A stretch of DNA of 64,000 nucleotides from assembly GCA_029261065.1 (NCBI GenBank), contig JAJDCB010000013.1:9868-73867 (forward strand), read 5' to 3'. The stretch is from Candidatus Omnitrophota bacterium. Lineage in GTDB: Bacteria; Omnitrophota; Gorgyraeia; Zapsychrales; Zapsychraceae. Below are positions 1 through 8,899 of this stretch, one piece after another (position 1 is the stretch's first letter; every line of letters starts with the position of its first letter). A model generated the notes under the pieces. That model made no database searches. It had not been told where the DNA came from and was given only the letters and a program-made list of their open reading frames with translations. The translations under genes and the position numbers were made by a program.

Positions 1-323
1 AACATACATAATAAATAATACAAAGATAAAAATGCCATATAGGCATGCGCAAAGGATATACCCCCCTTGACTAATATCACAATTAATAAATAAAATGGAT
101 TAAAAGAGCCAATGCGCCTTAAAAAGAATTCGTTTGGCACCCCCCCATTTCTGGTTGGATCCCATAAAGGATATATTCCTTGTGATAATTGATCTATAAA
201 ATATTTAAAATGTTCGTAATAGGGAATGGCATCTCCCACCAAAGAAAGATCACCACTTAAGAAGGCCCGAAAGGCAAAAAGCCAAAGAAGAAAAGAAGCG
301 ATAACTAGAAATGGTAAGGTCAT
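1..323 (-). CDS. Partial (runs off the left edge) membrane protein, YfhO-like/GT-C-type glycosyltransferase N-terminus
   Basis: Translated by hand from the ATG at 323 (in-frame TAA just upstream): MTLPFLVIASFLLWLFAFRAFLSGDLSLVGDAIPYYEHFKYFIDQLSQGIYPLWDPTRNGGVP..., open to base 1. The TM helix + D..Y + G.yPLWDP..GG.P pattern is typical of YfhO-like proteins. Confidence 0.6.
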   Translation of the reverse strand, partial: MTLPFLVIASFLLWLFAFRAFLSGDLSLVGDAIPYYEHFKYFIDQLSQGIYPLWDPTRNGGVPNEFFLRRIGSFNPFYLLIVILVKGGISFAHAYMAFLSLYYLLCM

Positions 324-350
324 GGGGCAAATTGGTTATAGAAACTCTTG

Positions 351-526
351 GGCAAGAATAATCAAGTTACAAGATACAAGTTACAAAAGATAATCAAAAA
401 CCAATCAACTATAATAACCAAACATTTGGTTATTTGTAATTGGTCATTGTTGCTTTTTTGCCCCGTCTTTTTGGGGTCCCGCTATAAGCGGGATATCTTG
501 TATCTTGTAACTTGGTTATTCTTGCC
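351..526. repeat. 176-bp non-coding element bounded by 30-bp inverted repeats, with internal hairpins
   Basis: GGCAAGAATAATCAAGTTACAAGATACAAG (351-380) matches the reverse complement of 497-526 with 1 mismatch. Internal stems: AATAACCAAA/TTTGGTTATT, CCCC/GGGG and TCCCGC-TATAA-GCGGGA. Confidence 0.85.
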
Positions 527-548
527 TGAATAATCCTTTATAATTACC

Positions 549-1160
549 CTATTTATCCGAACACTGATATCTTACTTGCTGCTGTTTATGATACGGCTCT
601 TCGATCATGGAAGGATAATAATTAACCGTCACAAGCAAACGATCAAAATAGGGAAAGCGTCGATTTAAGTAACTACAAAATCTTTTCTCTACACCCTTGC
701 TTGTGGCAGAATGTAATATCCCTCGATGAATATTGTCATAACCAATCGTGCGCGTTCGAAAGATATCATGCGGATCAATGAGCTGAGGCTGATTACCTTT
801 AACACCATAAACTTCAGGAGTGGAATACTGGTCGCCCACATTATAAAACATAATCCAACCAGCGGGTGGAAACAAAAATTTTATTTTAGGAAATTCTAAA
901 TTTTCTACTCCAATATTTTTCACAAAAGGATTTAAATAAAAATAACGAACAGACTCATAATGAAACAAAAGGCCCCAACAAATAACTAAGATTGTAATAA
1001 ACGCATTTCGAAGTTTTGTGCATTTAATGCATCCTATCGCAACAATCAACGGAACAAAGACCGTAAAAACACCTAAAGGATTAAAGCGTATGACAAACCA
1101 CGCAACAGTAGCAAGGATAATAGTGGTGAGAAAATAGATCGAAAGACGATAAAGATTCAT
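549..1160 (-). CDS. Hypothetical membrane protein
   Basis: 203-aa ORF with about 3 N-terminal hydrophobic segments and a soluble C-terminus; starts 3 bp after the upstream gene's stop. Confidence 0.75.
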   Translation of the reverse strand: MNLYRLSIYFLTTIILATVAWFVIRFNPLGVFTVFVPLIVAIGCIKCTKLRNAFITILVICWGLLFHYESVRYFYLNPFVKNIGVENLEFPKIKFLFPPAGWIMFYNVGDQYSTPEVYGVKGNQPQLIDPHDIFRTRTIGYDNIHRGILHSATSKGVEKRFCSYLNRRFPYFDRLLVTVNYYPSMIEEPYHKQQQVRYQCSDK

Positions 1161-1163
1161 AAT

Positions 1164-2639
1164 TTATTCAGCCGTAATATCATGCTCAGAAAATACTTGA
1201 GCAGAAAATATTTCTATTTTGGTTTTAGGATCTTTCCAGCAATCACGCGAAAGTCCTGCTTTTTGAGAACAAAGTTCGGCTAAAAATTCATCCTTACTCC
1301 ATCCTGTCGAGTCCGCCACTTGAGGCAAAAAGACACCCGAACGTTTTCCCTGACTAATAATAACACCGTGCTTACCCAACTCAATCTCATTAACGTCTTT
1401 TATTGTGCGCGGCTTCGATAATACAGAGACCTCAACATCACAAATGGCTAACTCATCTTCACTCACCGGTTTAAAACGAGGATCACGCGAAGCGGCTGTA
1501 ACTGCCATCTCACGAACCAAATAACATAAAGGCACCCTTCCCCCAATAATATTTCCCATACACCCTCTTAATCGACCATTTTTATGAATCGTTACAAAAG
1601 CCCCCTCATCTTTAGACAGTAAACGAGAATCCGTTTCTTGTATCCTTGGAACCTCTCCCCCTTTAACGAAACTATGAAACGTTTGATTGGCGATATCCAT
1701 TAAACTTTTCTTTTGCTTCATCGTTAGCGTTACTTCTTTTGTTGATGGGCGACCCTCTTTGGGGAAAATAATTGATGTATAACCAACCACACGGCCCATC
1801 TCAGCATTAATGGCCCCTGAATTGGCATATTTTAAGATCTCACCCTCCTTAATGCCTCGTTGTTGCGCTAAAAAAAGTGCTGCGACAACAGGCGTACATC
1901 CACACATCTCCATTGTGCGCTTCTGGCATTCTTCAAAAATCACCTTAGGCTTGATATCTTTGACAGCCTCCATGCTACGTTGATCCATTTTTCGCGCAAA
2001 GGCATCATCATGATAATGAGAGAGATCCGTACTTACAACAACCAAAACATCATCGCGATTTGCGATAATTTTATTTAATTGAATCGCAAACTCTTTTAAT
2101 ACCTCTATTGAAGGCTGGCCAAAAACGACAGGAACTATTTTGGCATGAGAAAACAATTTTTGAATAAAAGGAATCTCAACCTCCAATGAATGCTCTTTTT
2201 CAAAAGCCTTTGGGTCAAAAGTAAAATCGGAATGGGACTCTATTAATTGAGCCGCAAAATCATGATCCACATGAGCAACCCCCAAAGGCGTTTTAAACCC
2301 ACCCTTCTCCCAAATAGAAACACCATTAAATCCATAAAAATGACTCGGGGCAAGAATAACAATCGTATTGTATTTATGTTTACTCACAGCCTTAAAACCG
2401 TGAGCGGCCACAGCCCCTGAATAAACATACCCCGCATGGGGAACAATCATAATATCAATAGGCTTAGATGAGATATCTGTCTGCGCTTGATGCAAAAAAA
2501 AATCAATCTGTTTGGAAAGCTCTTTGGCGTCAGCTGTATAAAACTGACCGCTGACGTTGGGTTCTTTGATTTGAGGGTTGGCATGTGCTAATTTAAAAAA
2601 CATAGCGAGAAGAATAATTGTGAAGGTCAATATTTTCAT
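1164..2639 (-). CDS. amrB: AmmeMemoRadiSam system protein B (Memo) - protein A (AMMECR1) fusion
   Basis: Memo motifs PHAGY, PSH, EHSLE, STDLSH and CG, followed by AMMECR1 motifs GAFVT, LRGCMG, DPRF, EVSVL and FLPQV. Start placed at MKILT (ATG 2639); the ORF track extends to 2663. Confidence 0.92.
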   Translation of the reverse strand: MKILTFTIILLAMFFKLAHANPQIKEPNVSGQFYTADAKELSKQIDFFLHQAQTDISSKPIDIMIVPHAGYVYSGAVAAHGFKAVSKHKYNTIVILAPSHFYGFNGVSIWEKGGFKTPLGVAHVDHDFAAQLIESHSDFTFDPKAFEKEHSLEVEIPFIQKLFSHAKIVPVVFGQPSIEVLKEFAIQLNKIIANRDDVLVVVSTDLSHYHDDAFARKMDQRSMEAVKDIKPKVIFEECQKRTMEMCGCTPVVAALFLAQQRGIKEGEILKYANSGAINAEMGRVVGYTSIIFPKEGRPSTKEVTLTMKQKKSLMDIANQTFHSFVKGGEVPRIQETDSRLLSKDEGAFVTIHKNGRLRGCMGNIIGGRVPLCYLVREMAVTAASRDPRFKPVSEDELAICDVEVSVLSKPRTIKDVNEIELGKHGVIISQGKRSGVFLPQVADSTGWSKDEFLAELCSQKAGLSRDCWKDPKTKIEIFSAQVFSEHDITAE

Positions 2640-2678
2640 GAATAGATACAACCGCAAGAACAAAATTTTATTTCACAC

Positions 2679-2751
2679 AGATACCCGTTCTCACGGGTAT
2701 GACATGATGCCTTGTCCATCCTAGCTGTCATTCCCGCGAAAGCGGGAACCT
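2679..2751. repeat. Pair of oppositely oriented REP/dRS3-like 26-bp hairpin units
   Basis: AGATACCCGTTCTCACGGGTATGACA (2679-2704) and TGTCATTCCCGCGAAAGCGGGAACCT (2726-2751); the same family occurs at 27351-27424 and 62081-62279. Confidence 0.85.
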
Positions 2752-2759
2752 TAACATCA

Positions 2760-3209
2760 TCAAACAGCCTTTTCAAAATATTTATCTACACTAAACCGTG
2801 AGGCAGGATCTAATTTAAATACCAACACTAACGTCAGCACTAATAAACACGTATCAAATGTTAAAACACCTTTAAGCGGCAAGGAGATCATTTGTCCAAA
2901 ACATCCACATTCATCAATAGGAAGTTTTCGGACAATCGCTTGAGAAACGATTATGATAAAAGATAATAACATTACGATCACACCCTTAAGGCTTAAAGAG
3001 AGCCACAATCCAACAACTAAGAATATCCCCAAAAAAAGCTCAATCCAAGGAAAGATGCGCGCAACAGCCTCTTCAAGAGGGACACTTAATACTTCATAGC
3101 TTTGGATGACGTAAAGAAAATTTTGGTAGGGACCGATTAATTTTTCATAACCGGAGACAACAAAGACGGTGCCAATGAGGACTCTTATAATGGGTAAGAT
3201 ATTGGCCAT
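2760..3209 (-). CDS. MauE/DoxX family membrane protein
   Basis: R..iG.vF..sG..K, P.iEl.lG..L..G and CGCFG motifs; 4 TM segments. Confidence 0.88.
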   Translation of the reverse strand: MANILPIIRVLIGTVFVVSGYEKLIGPYQNFLYVIQSYEVLSVPLEEAVARIFPWIELFLGIFLVVGLWLSLSLKGVIVMLLSFIIIVSQAIVRKLPIDECGCFGQMISLPLKGVLTFDTCLLVLTLVLVFKLDPASRFSVDKYFEKAV

Positions 3210-3264
3210 GACATCTTAGGACGAAATCAATAAACATTAAACGTGTTCATTGAAATTGCCCAAA

Positions 3265-3891
3265 TTAATTTAATTTAAGAATTTTATTGATTTCTAAACT
3301 TAAGGATTTGGTGCCAACAACCATTTTTCCATTCACAAAATAAGTCGGTGTGCTTTTTACCCCCAAAGCCGTTCCTTCCATCTTATCTTGTGTAATAGAT
3401 TCATTTAGAGCGTTATCCGCTAAACATGCTTTTAGCTGTTTTGAATTTAAATTAATTTCCTTAGCCAAATGCTCAAAAGCGGGGATCGCATCGTTTAATT
3501 TCTTCCAATCGTTTTGACTGGCTAATACACGATCATGAAATCCCCAAAACTTATTTTGTTTAGCGGCACATTGAGCATAACGCGCGGAGGGCAAACCATA
3601 CTTATGCCCCCTTAACGGAAAATATTTCATCGTCAATGAGATCATGCCAGGGCGCTCTTCCATAAGCTTCTTTAGATACTTAGCCCCATTGGCACAAGCC
3701 GGACATTGAAAATCAATAAACTCCGTAATCTTAATCGGCGCATTAGCCTCACCCTTAAAACGGGCAACTTTTGGATCAATCTCCGCTACCGTCGTCGCCT
3801 CAGGCCGTTTTGTTGTCTTAACAGCAATAACAAACCCCACAATGACAAAGATGATAACGAAGGTATAAAACTGTTTTGATTTTTTAGCCAT
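3265..3891 (-). CDS. DsbA-like (thioredoxin-fold) thiol-disulfide oxidoreductase, membrane anchored
   Basis: EFIDFQCPAC active site, FPL, and GVKSTPTYFVNG (cis-Pro loop); N-terminal TM helix. Confidence 0.92.
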   Translation of the reverse strand: MAKKSKQFYTFVIIFVIVGFVIAVKTTKRPEATTVAEIDPKVARFKGEANAPIKITEFIDFQCPACANGAKYLKKLMEERPGMISLTMKYFPLRGHKYGLPSARYAQCAAKQNKFWGFHDRVLASQNDWKKLNDAIPAFEHLAKEINLNSKQLKACLADNALNESITQDKMEGTALGVKSTPTYFVNGKMVVGTKSLSLEINKILKLN

Positions 3892-3897
3892 AGATTC

Positions 3898-5535
3898 CTA
3901 TATTTGTGGTCCAGCCGAAACTAAAGACTTCCCACGTTCTGTATCGGTAAACCCATTAAAATTATCAATAAACATTTGAGCTAATTTCTTTACCGTTTCA
4001 TCATACTCTTCTTTATTCTCCCAAGCATCACGGGGATTAACAGAAGATTGTAGACCTTCCAATTTATCAGGAATACTTAAATTCAACGTTGATAAATTTT
4101 CATAATTAGCCTTTTCTAATGTTCCATCTAATATCGCATCAATCGTAACACGATTGTCTTTGATAGGAATACGATGACCAACGCCATACTTTCCAGAAAC
4201 CCAACCGGTATTAATTAACCAGGCATGAGAATTATGCTCTTCCATCTTCTTTGCCAAGATTTCAGCATACATCGTAGGATGAACAAGAAGAAACGCTTTT
4301 CCAAAACACGCAGAAAATGTCGCTTGAGGTTCTTTAACACCTAGTTCTGTTCCAGCGACTTTCGCCGTATATCCGGCTAAGTAATGATACATCGCTTGTT
4401 CTTTTGTTAATTTGGCAACAGGAGGCAACACTCCAAAGGCATCACATGTTAAGAAAATAATGTGATTGGGGTGAGTTCCTTTTGAGACAGGTTTTACAAT
4501 ATTGTTAATGTGAAACAAGGGATAGGAAACACGTGTGTTTTGTGTCTTTTTGGATGAGGCAAAATCAACCCCTCCTTTATCATTTAGCTCGACATTTTCT
4601 AACAAAGCGTCCTTTTTGATCGCATCAAAAATATCTGGTTCTTTTTCATGCGTTAAATTAATACACTTGGCATAACAGCCGCCCTCAAAGTTAAAAATCC
4701 CATCATTATCCCACCCATGCTCATCGTCTCCGATTAAAGCCCGTTTTGGGTCTGTTGAAAGGGATGTCTTCCCTGTTCCTGATAATCCAAAAAACAAGGC
4801 TGTATCTCCATCTTTGCCTTGATTAGCCGAACAATGAAATGCGCCAATGCCTTTTAAAGGAAGGAAATAATTCATGATGGAGAAAATTCCTTTTTTAATT
4901 TCTCCTCCATACCATGTGCCACCAATAACCGTCATACGTTCTGTAACATTGAAAGCGCCAAAAACTTCTGAACGCATGCCATATTTTTCAAAATCCTTAC
5001 AACTCGTTTTACACGCATTAAGAATCGTCCAGTCTGGTTTAAAATTTTTCAATTCCTCATCACTTGGACGAATAAACATATTTTTAAAGAAATGCGCCAT
5101 CCACGCGATTTCTGTCACTAGACGAATCGACATGCGGGTATCTTCATTAGTGCCACAAAAACCATCCATCACATATAATTTCTTGTCAGATAATTGCTTT
5201 GCTGAGATGTCTTTTAAATGCACCCAAGCCTCTTGGCTTAACTTTTTATTATCAGATCCCGAGGCTTCTCCCGATGCCCACCAGACCGTATCTTTTGTGA
5301 TATCGTCTTCTACGATATATTTATCATTTGGCGATCGACCTGTAAATTTTCCTGTATCAATCGTAACCGCACCAAGCGCCGTTACTACTCCAAGATCAAA
5401 TCCCTCTAATGACGGATCTGTTTCTGCTTTATAGAGCTCATCATAAGAAAGATTGTAAAAAATTTCTTTCCAATCTGAGATACCCACTTCATTAAGATTT
5501 AAATTTGAGATATTTTCAACTTGAGACATAACCAC
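3898..5535 (-). CDS. pckA: Phosphoenolpyruvate carboxykinase (ATP)
   Basis: [44 protein letters not shown] and NTRVSYP. The start may be the ATG at 5529 after GGAG. Confidence 0.98.
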   Translation of the reverse strand: MVMSQVENISNLNLNEVGISDWKEIFYNLSYDELYKAETDPSLEGFDLGVVTALGAVTIDTGKFTGRSPNDKYIVEDDITKDTVWWASGEASGSDNKKLSQEAWVHLKDISAKQLSDKKLYVMDGFCGTNEDTRMSIRLVTEIAWMAHFFKNMFIRPSDEELKNFKPDWTILNACKTSCKDFEKYGMRSEVFGAFNVTERMTVIGGTWYGGEIKKGIFSIMNYFLPLKGIGAFHCSANQGKDGDTALFFGLSGTGKTSLSTDPKRALIGDDEHGWDNDGIFNFEGGCYAKCINLTHEKEPDIFDAIKKDALLENVELNDKGGVDFASSKKTQNTRVSYPLFHINNIVKPVSKGTHPNHIIFLTCDAFGVLPPVAKLTKEQAMYHYLAGYTAKVAGTELGVKEPQATFSACFGKAFLLVHPTMYAEILAKKMEEHNSHAWLINTGWVSGKYGVGHRIPIKDNRVTIDAILDGTLEKANYENLSTLNLSIPDKLEGLQSSVNPRDAWENKEEYDETVKKLAQMFIDNFNGFTDTERGKSLVSAGPQI

Positions 5536-5615
5536 TCCATTTATTTTTTATCAATTTATTAATGATAAGGAATAACACTTTAACAGTTTTATCCTCTTTT
5601 AACCTTATTTTTAGT

Positions 5616-6224
5616 TTAATCTGAAATCATAGGTAAATTACCCATATTGATATCAGCTTTTAATTTTATCTCTCCCCGTCTTTCAAAAGTGATTTCATAG
5701 ACAAAAGGCACTTCCGGAGCATATTCCACACCGTCAACAATTTCGTTTTGATAACTAGAAAAATGAGACATCTCTAATTCTTTATAACCTAGTTGTGTCA
5801 ACCCAGACTTAAACGTTCCAGCAACCAAATTACAAAAAGAGCCACAGGCATCTTCAAGGGCGACGGTGTCTTCTTCGTTATGAACAGGATATCCAATATC
5901 ATTTAAAAGATGAACGATCTGTGTTTCAGGAATATAAATAATAATAACGCCTGCTGATTTCTCTGCCTCTTGATCCGATACATTACGATAAAAATTAACC
6001 GTGGATAAATATGTGCGCTCATCAAATTTTGTAAGACCTGAAACGCGCATACGCTTTACAAATTCCGTAACCGATTTTTTTTCTAATGTGGGCTTAGAAG
6101 TTAAATGTATGTCCCCTTTACTCATTAAAATACGCTTAACAACCTCAGACAGTAACAACGCATGAATATAAAATTCATCATGTTTTTTACCTTCAATGAG
6201 CTCTTTGTGTTCTTGGAAATCCAT
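5616..6224 (-). CDS. CheX/CheC-like domain protein
   Basis: EDACGSFCNLVAGTFKSGL..LG..L.MS resembles the CheX helix DA.GE..N..AG; lies directly downstream of a CheY-like gene. Confidence 0.6.
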   Translation of the reverse strand: MDFQEHKELIEGKKHDEFYIHALLLSEVVKRILMSKGDIHLTSKPTLEKKSVTEFVKRMRVSGLTKFDERTYLSTVNFYRNVSDQEAEKSAGVIIIYIPETQIVHLLNDIGYPVHNEEDTVALEDACGSFCNLVAGTFKSGLTQLGYKELEMSHFSSYQNEIVDGVEYAPEVPFVYEITFERRGEIKLKADINMGNLPMISD

Positions 6225-6234
6225 ATTAAATAAA

Positions 6235-6612
6235 TTAACTTAAATAGGGCTTAATCGTCTCGATCAATTTATCTGGTTTATACGGTTTAACAACATAACC
6301 GGCTAATTTTGGATTAGCGGCGTAAGCAGTCTTTCGATTATCTTCAGATCCAGAAGCTGTGATCATAACAATAGGAATAGATGCAACTTTTGGAACCTTA
6401 ACAACACCTTTCATAAACTCAATACCATTCATTTTCGGCATTTGCCAATCCAAAAGAATAAGACAAATCTCTTCATAATTATCACTTAATGTGCTTAAAC
6501 CTTCTTCACCATCTCCGGCTTCCAAGATGTCATTGGACACCCCATTTTTTTTAAGTACATTCGTTAACAATTTACGATCCATTAATGAATCATCGATCAT
6601 GAGAATTTTCAA
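6235..6612 (-). CDS. Single-domain response regulator (CheY-like)
   Basis: IDDS, LLDWQMPKMNG (phospho-Asp), ITA and KP motifs; TTG start preceded by AGGCGG. Confidence 0.95.
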   Translation of the reverse strand: MKILMIDDSLMDRKLLTNVLKKNGVSNDILEAGDGEEGLSTLSDNYEEICLILLDWQMPKMNGIEFMKGVVKVPKVASIPIVMITASGSEDNRKTAYAANPKLAGYVVKPYKPDKLIETIKPYLS

Positions 6613-6675
6613 TTATCTATCCGCCTATAAATATAAGTATCTGGTATATAAGATTTATCGCTAAATATGCGTCCA

Positions 6676-6704
6676 ATTTTAACTTATTAAGCCTAAGAAA
6701 TCAA
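6676..6704 (-). promoter_or_regulatory. Predicted sigma70 promoter for the cheY-like/cheX-like genes
   Basis: Minus strand TTGATT-17 bp-TAAAAT. Confidence 0.55.
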
Positions 6705-6773
6705 AGCTTTTTTCGCTAGAAATGCAGCTATATTTTCGTAGCCATCTTTACCGTTTTTTACTAAAAAAAAATT

Positions 6774-6980
6774 CTACGATTTAATTCCTAGAAATTTGTT
6801 GATCATTTGGAATTTCCATATCCATAACCCCGAGAGTGTAATATAGGGAATAATACCTATTTTCATAATCCATTGAAATATAACGTATTTATGTAAAGGA
6901 GAATAAATATAACACATCACAACCAAACCAAAAACGATGTGGGACCATCTTAGTATTTTTCTTATAGTTTTTTGTCTCAC
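6774..6980 (-). CDS. Small two-TM hypothetical membrane protein
   Basis: 68 aa, RKILRWSHIV..YIYSP...IP....SGLWIWK; looks like a compact membrane-protein family; GTG start. Confidence 0.7.
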   Translation of the reverse strand: MRQKTIRKILRWSHIVFGLVVMCYIYSPLHKYVIFQWIMKIGIIPYITLSGLWIWKFQMINKFLGIKS

Positions 6981-6983
6981 TTG

Positions 6984-7211
6984 CTAACTCGATGGTTCGA
7001 TTTGAGGCATTTTCGTAGAATTTAGCGTTTGAGAGGTTGAAGGGTCACTATCCCTATTCTTGGAATAAGAATTATTTTGAAATTTTAACATACATTTTCT
7101 GAAGATTTTAATAAGATGTAAGGCAATGGTTAAAGTACTCGCCATAAACATAACAATGACGGATCCAATAACAACACAAATTCTTACAAAAAGGAGTTTA
7201 ATAGTTTTCAT
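6984..7211 (-). CDS. Hypothetical small protein
   Basis: 75 aa with one hydrophobic segment; its ATG directly follows the radical SAM stop and its stop is 3 bp from the next start. Confidence 0.45.
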   Translation of the reverse strand: MKTIKLLFVRICVVIGSVIVMFMASTLTIALHLIKIFRKCMLKFQNNSYSKNRDSDPSTSQTLNSTKMPQIEPSS

Positions 7212-8756
7212 CTAAAAAATTCGTATATCGCTTTTATAAAACAATTCATGACGCAGATGCCGAACAAACTTCAAATCTGGCGCCTGACGATACATTTTAT
7301 ATTTTAATCGTTGTGAATAATAATAACTAACGGGTTGAGCAACACTTTGAGCCACACTACGCAGATGCTTATTGCGTAAACTACCCATAATATTGCCTAA
7401 AGCATTAGCCAAAATACTCATATATGAAATGTTTCCTAAAAATTCACGTTGACTTTTATCGTACCAAGGGCTCTTTGTGCCCGTCGTATCATAATCATCA
7501 AACACCCAATCAGCCCATTCTTCTAAGGATTGAGGTGGCTTTAAACCATTTTTAATAGCCAAATTAAAATCTGGTGTTCCAGGCATTGGCGTAAATGTAG
7601 CCATCGTCTCAAATTGAGCATCGGGATTTTCTTGCTTGATACGAAACGCCAAATCAATGGTTTGATTAATTTCTTCAAATGTTTCTGTTGGGTATCCAAT
7701 CATTAAACCAAATACAGGCCTAATACCTAAACGTTTACACCTACGATTAGCCTCTAATGTTTGCTCAACGGTAATTCCTTTTACCATCAAATCCAACACA
7801 CGTTGCGATCCAGATTCTGCTCCAAATTTTAGCGTATGCGCCCCCGCCTGCTTTAATAATTGAATATCCTTATCCGAAGCCTTCATAAATACGTCGGCAC
7901 GCGTGCCTGATGTATAAAAACTAATATCTAATCTATTATCAATGAACCCTTCGAATATAGAATTGGCACGCTTGCGATTAATATAGAACTCATCATCTCT
8001 TAACCAAATACCATCGAGATTAAATCTTTTCACATCATTGGTAACAAAATCAATCGTCTTCTCTACATTAATCGCGCGCCACTTTCTCTCTCGAATAGAC
8101 GCACTACTACAAAATGCGCAATTAAAAGGACAGCCTCGAGATGTTTGACCAATATCCATGACACGAATTTTATTGCTTAAATACATATCGCGATGAACAT
8201 ATTTTTCAACATCAATTAACTCCCACGGAGTTGGAAGAAGAGTATCAACATCAAGAAGAGGACGGGATTCCGTACGGATACATTTAGATCCGTCTTGATA
8301 CATAATTCCCTTAATCTTTCTAAGGGGCTCGTTATGATCAAAAGCGTGCACAAGTTCTAAAAATGATTCATCGCCCTCTCCAATGACAACAACATCAACA
8401 CAATCACTTTTTAATGTTTGTTCCGGTGTAACCGATGGGTGTGGCCCACCCCAAACAATAGGAACTTTTCCATTGGTAATTTCACGAACTTCCCGTGCTA
8501 AATAAATGGCATTACGAATCTGCGTGCCTGTCATCGTAGAGATACCAACACATAATGTATCATCTGATAAATATTGCGCTAAAAGTTTCTTGTTAATGGC
8601 TTCGGTTCTTTGATCAAATACTTTAACCGTGTATCCCGCTTTTAATAAGGGTGCGGCAATGGTTAATAAACTATGCGGTGGGGCAACAGTGGATCCAAAA
8701 TCTAAACCTGTTTTTGGATATAATAGAAGTACGGCAGGTTTCGCCTCAGCTATCAT
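7212..8756 (-). CDS. Cobalamin (B12)-binding domain radical SAM protein
   Basis: N-terminal B12-binding pattern ([19 protein letters not shown]), [12 protein letters not shown] (CxxxCxxC), DDEF, GAESGS and IGYPTET. Confidence 0.93.
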   Translation of the reverse strand: MIAEAKPAVLLLYPKTGLDFGSTVAPPHSLLTIAAPLLKAGYTVKVFDQRTEAINKKLLAQYLSDDTLCVGISTMTGTQIRNAIYLAREVREITNGKVPIVWGGPHPSVTPEQTLKSDCVDVVVIGEGDESFLELVHAFDHNEPLRKIKGIMYQDGSKCIRTESRPLLDVDTLLPTPWELIDVEKYVHRDMYLSNKIRVMDIGQTSRGCPFNCAFCSSASIRERKWRAINVEKTIDFVTNDVKRFNLDGIWLRDDEFYINRKRANSIFEGFIDNRLDISFYTSGTRADVFMKASDKDIQLLKQAGAHTLKFGAESGSQRVLDLMVKGITVEQTLEANRRCKRLGIRPVFGLMIGYPTETFEEINQTIDLAFRIKQENPDAQFETMATFTPMPGTPDFNLAIKNGLKPPQSLEEWADWVFDDYDTTGTKSPWYDKSQREFLGNISYMSILANALGNIMGSLRNKHLRSVAQSVAQPVSYYYSQRLKYKMYRQAPDLKFVRHLRHELFYKSDIRIF

Positions 8757-8823
8757 AAAATCATCCTTTAGTAAGTACGTAACAAATACATATTTTGAAG
8801 GAAAACGTCAATCTTAGAATTAT

Positions 8824-8852
8824 ATGTTATGAGACAATGCCTAGCTTGTCAA
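8824..8852 (-). promoter_or_regulatory. Predicted sigma70 promoter for the radical SAM gene
   Basis: Minus strand TTGACA-17 bp-TAACAT. Confidence 0.6.
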
Positions 8853-8899
8853 TAACATTCCAGACTGTTTTGCTTAAGAATCGTGACACATCTCCCGCC

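Noticed and set aside
348-533. 61-aa plus-strand ORF
   Set aside because: It coincides exactly with the inverted-repeat element, has no SD and shows no protein-like features.
4874-5434. 186-aa plus-strand ORF and other antisense ORFs (e.g. 48033-48473, 59111-59536, 28860-29069)
   Set aside because: They are antisense shadows of well-conserved genes (pckA, yebC, smc, pfkB) with no recognisable motifs.
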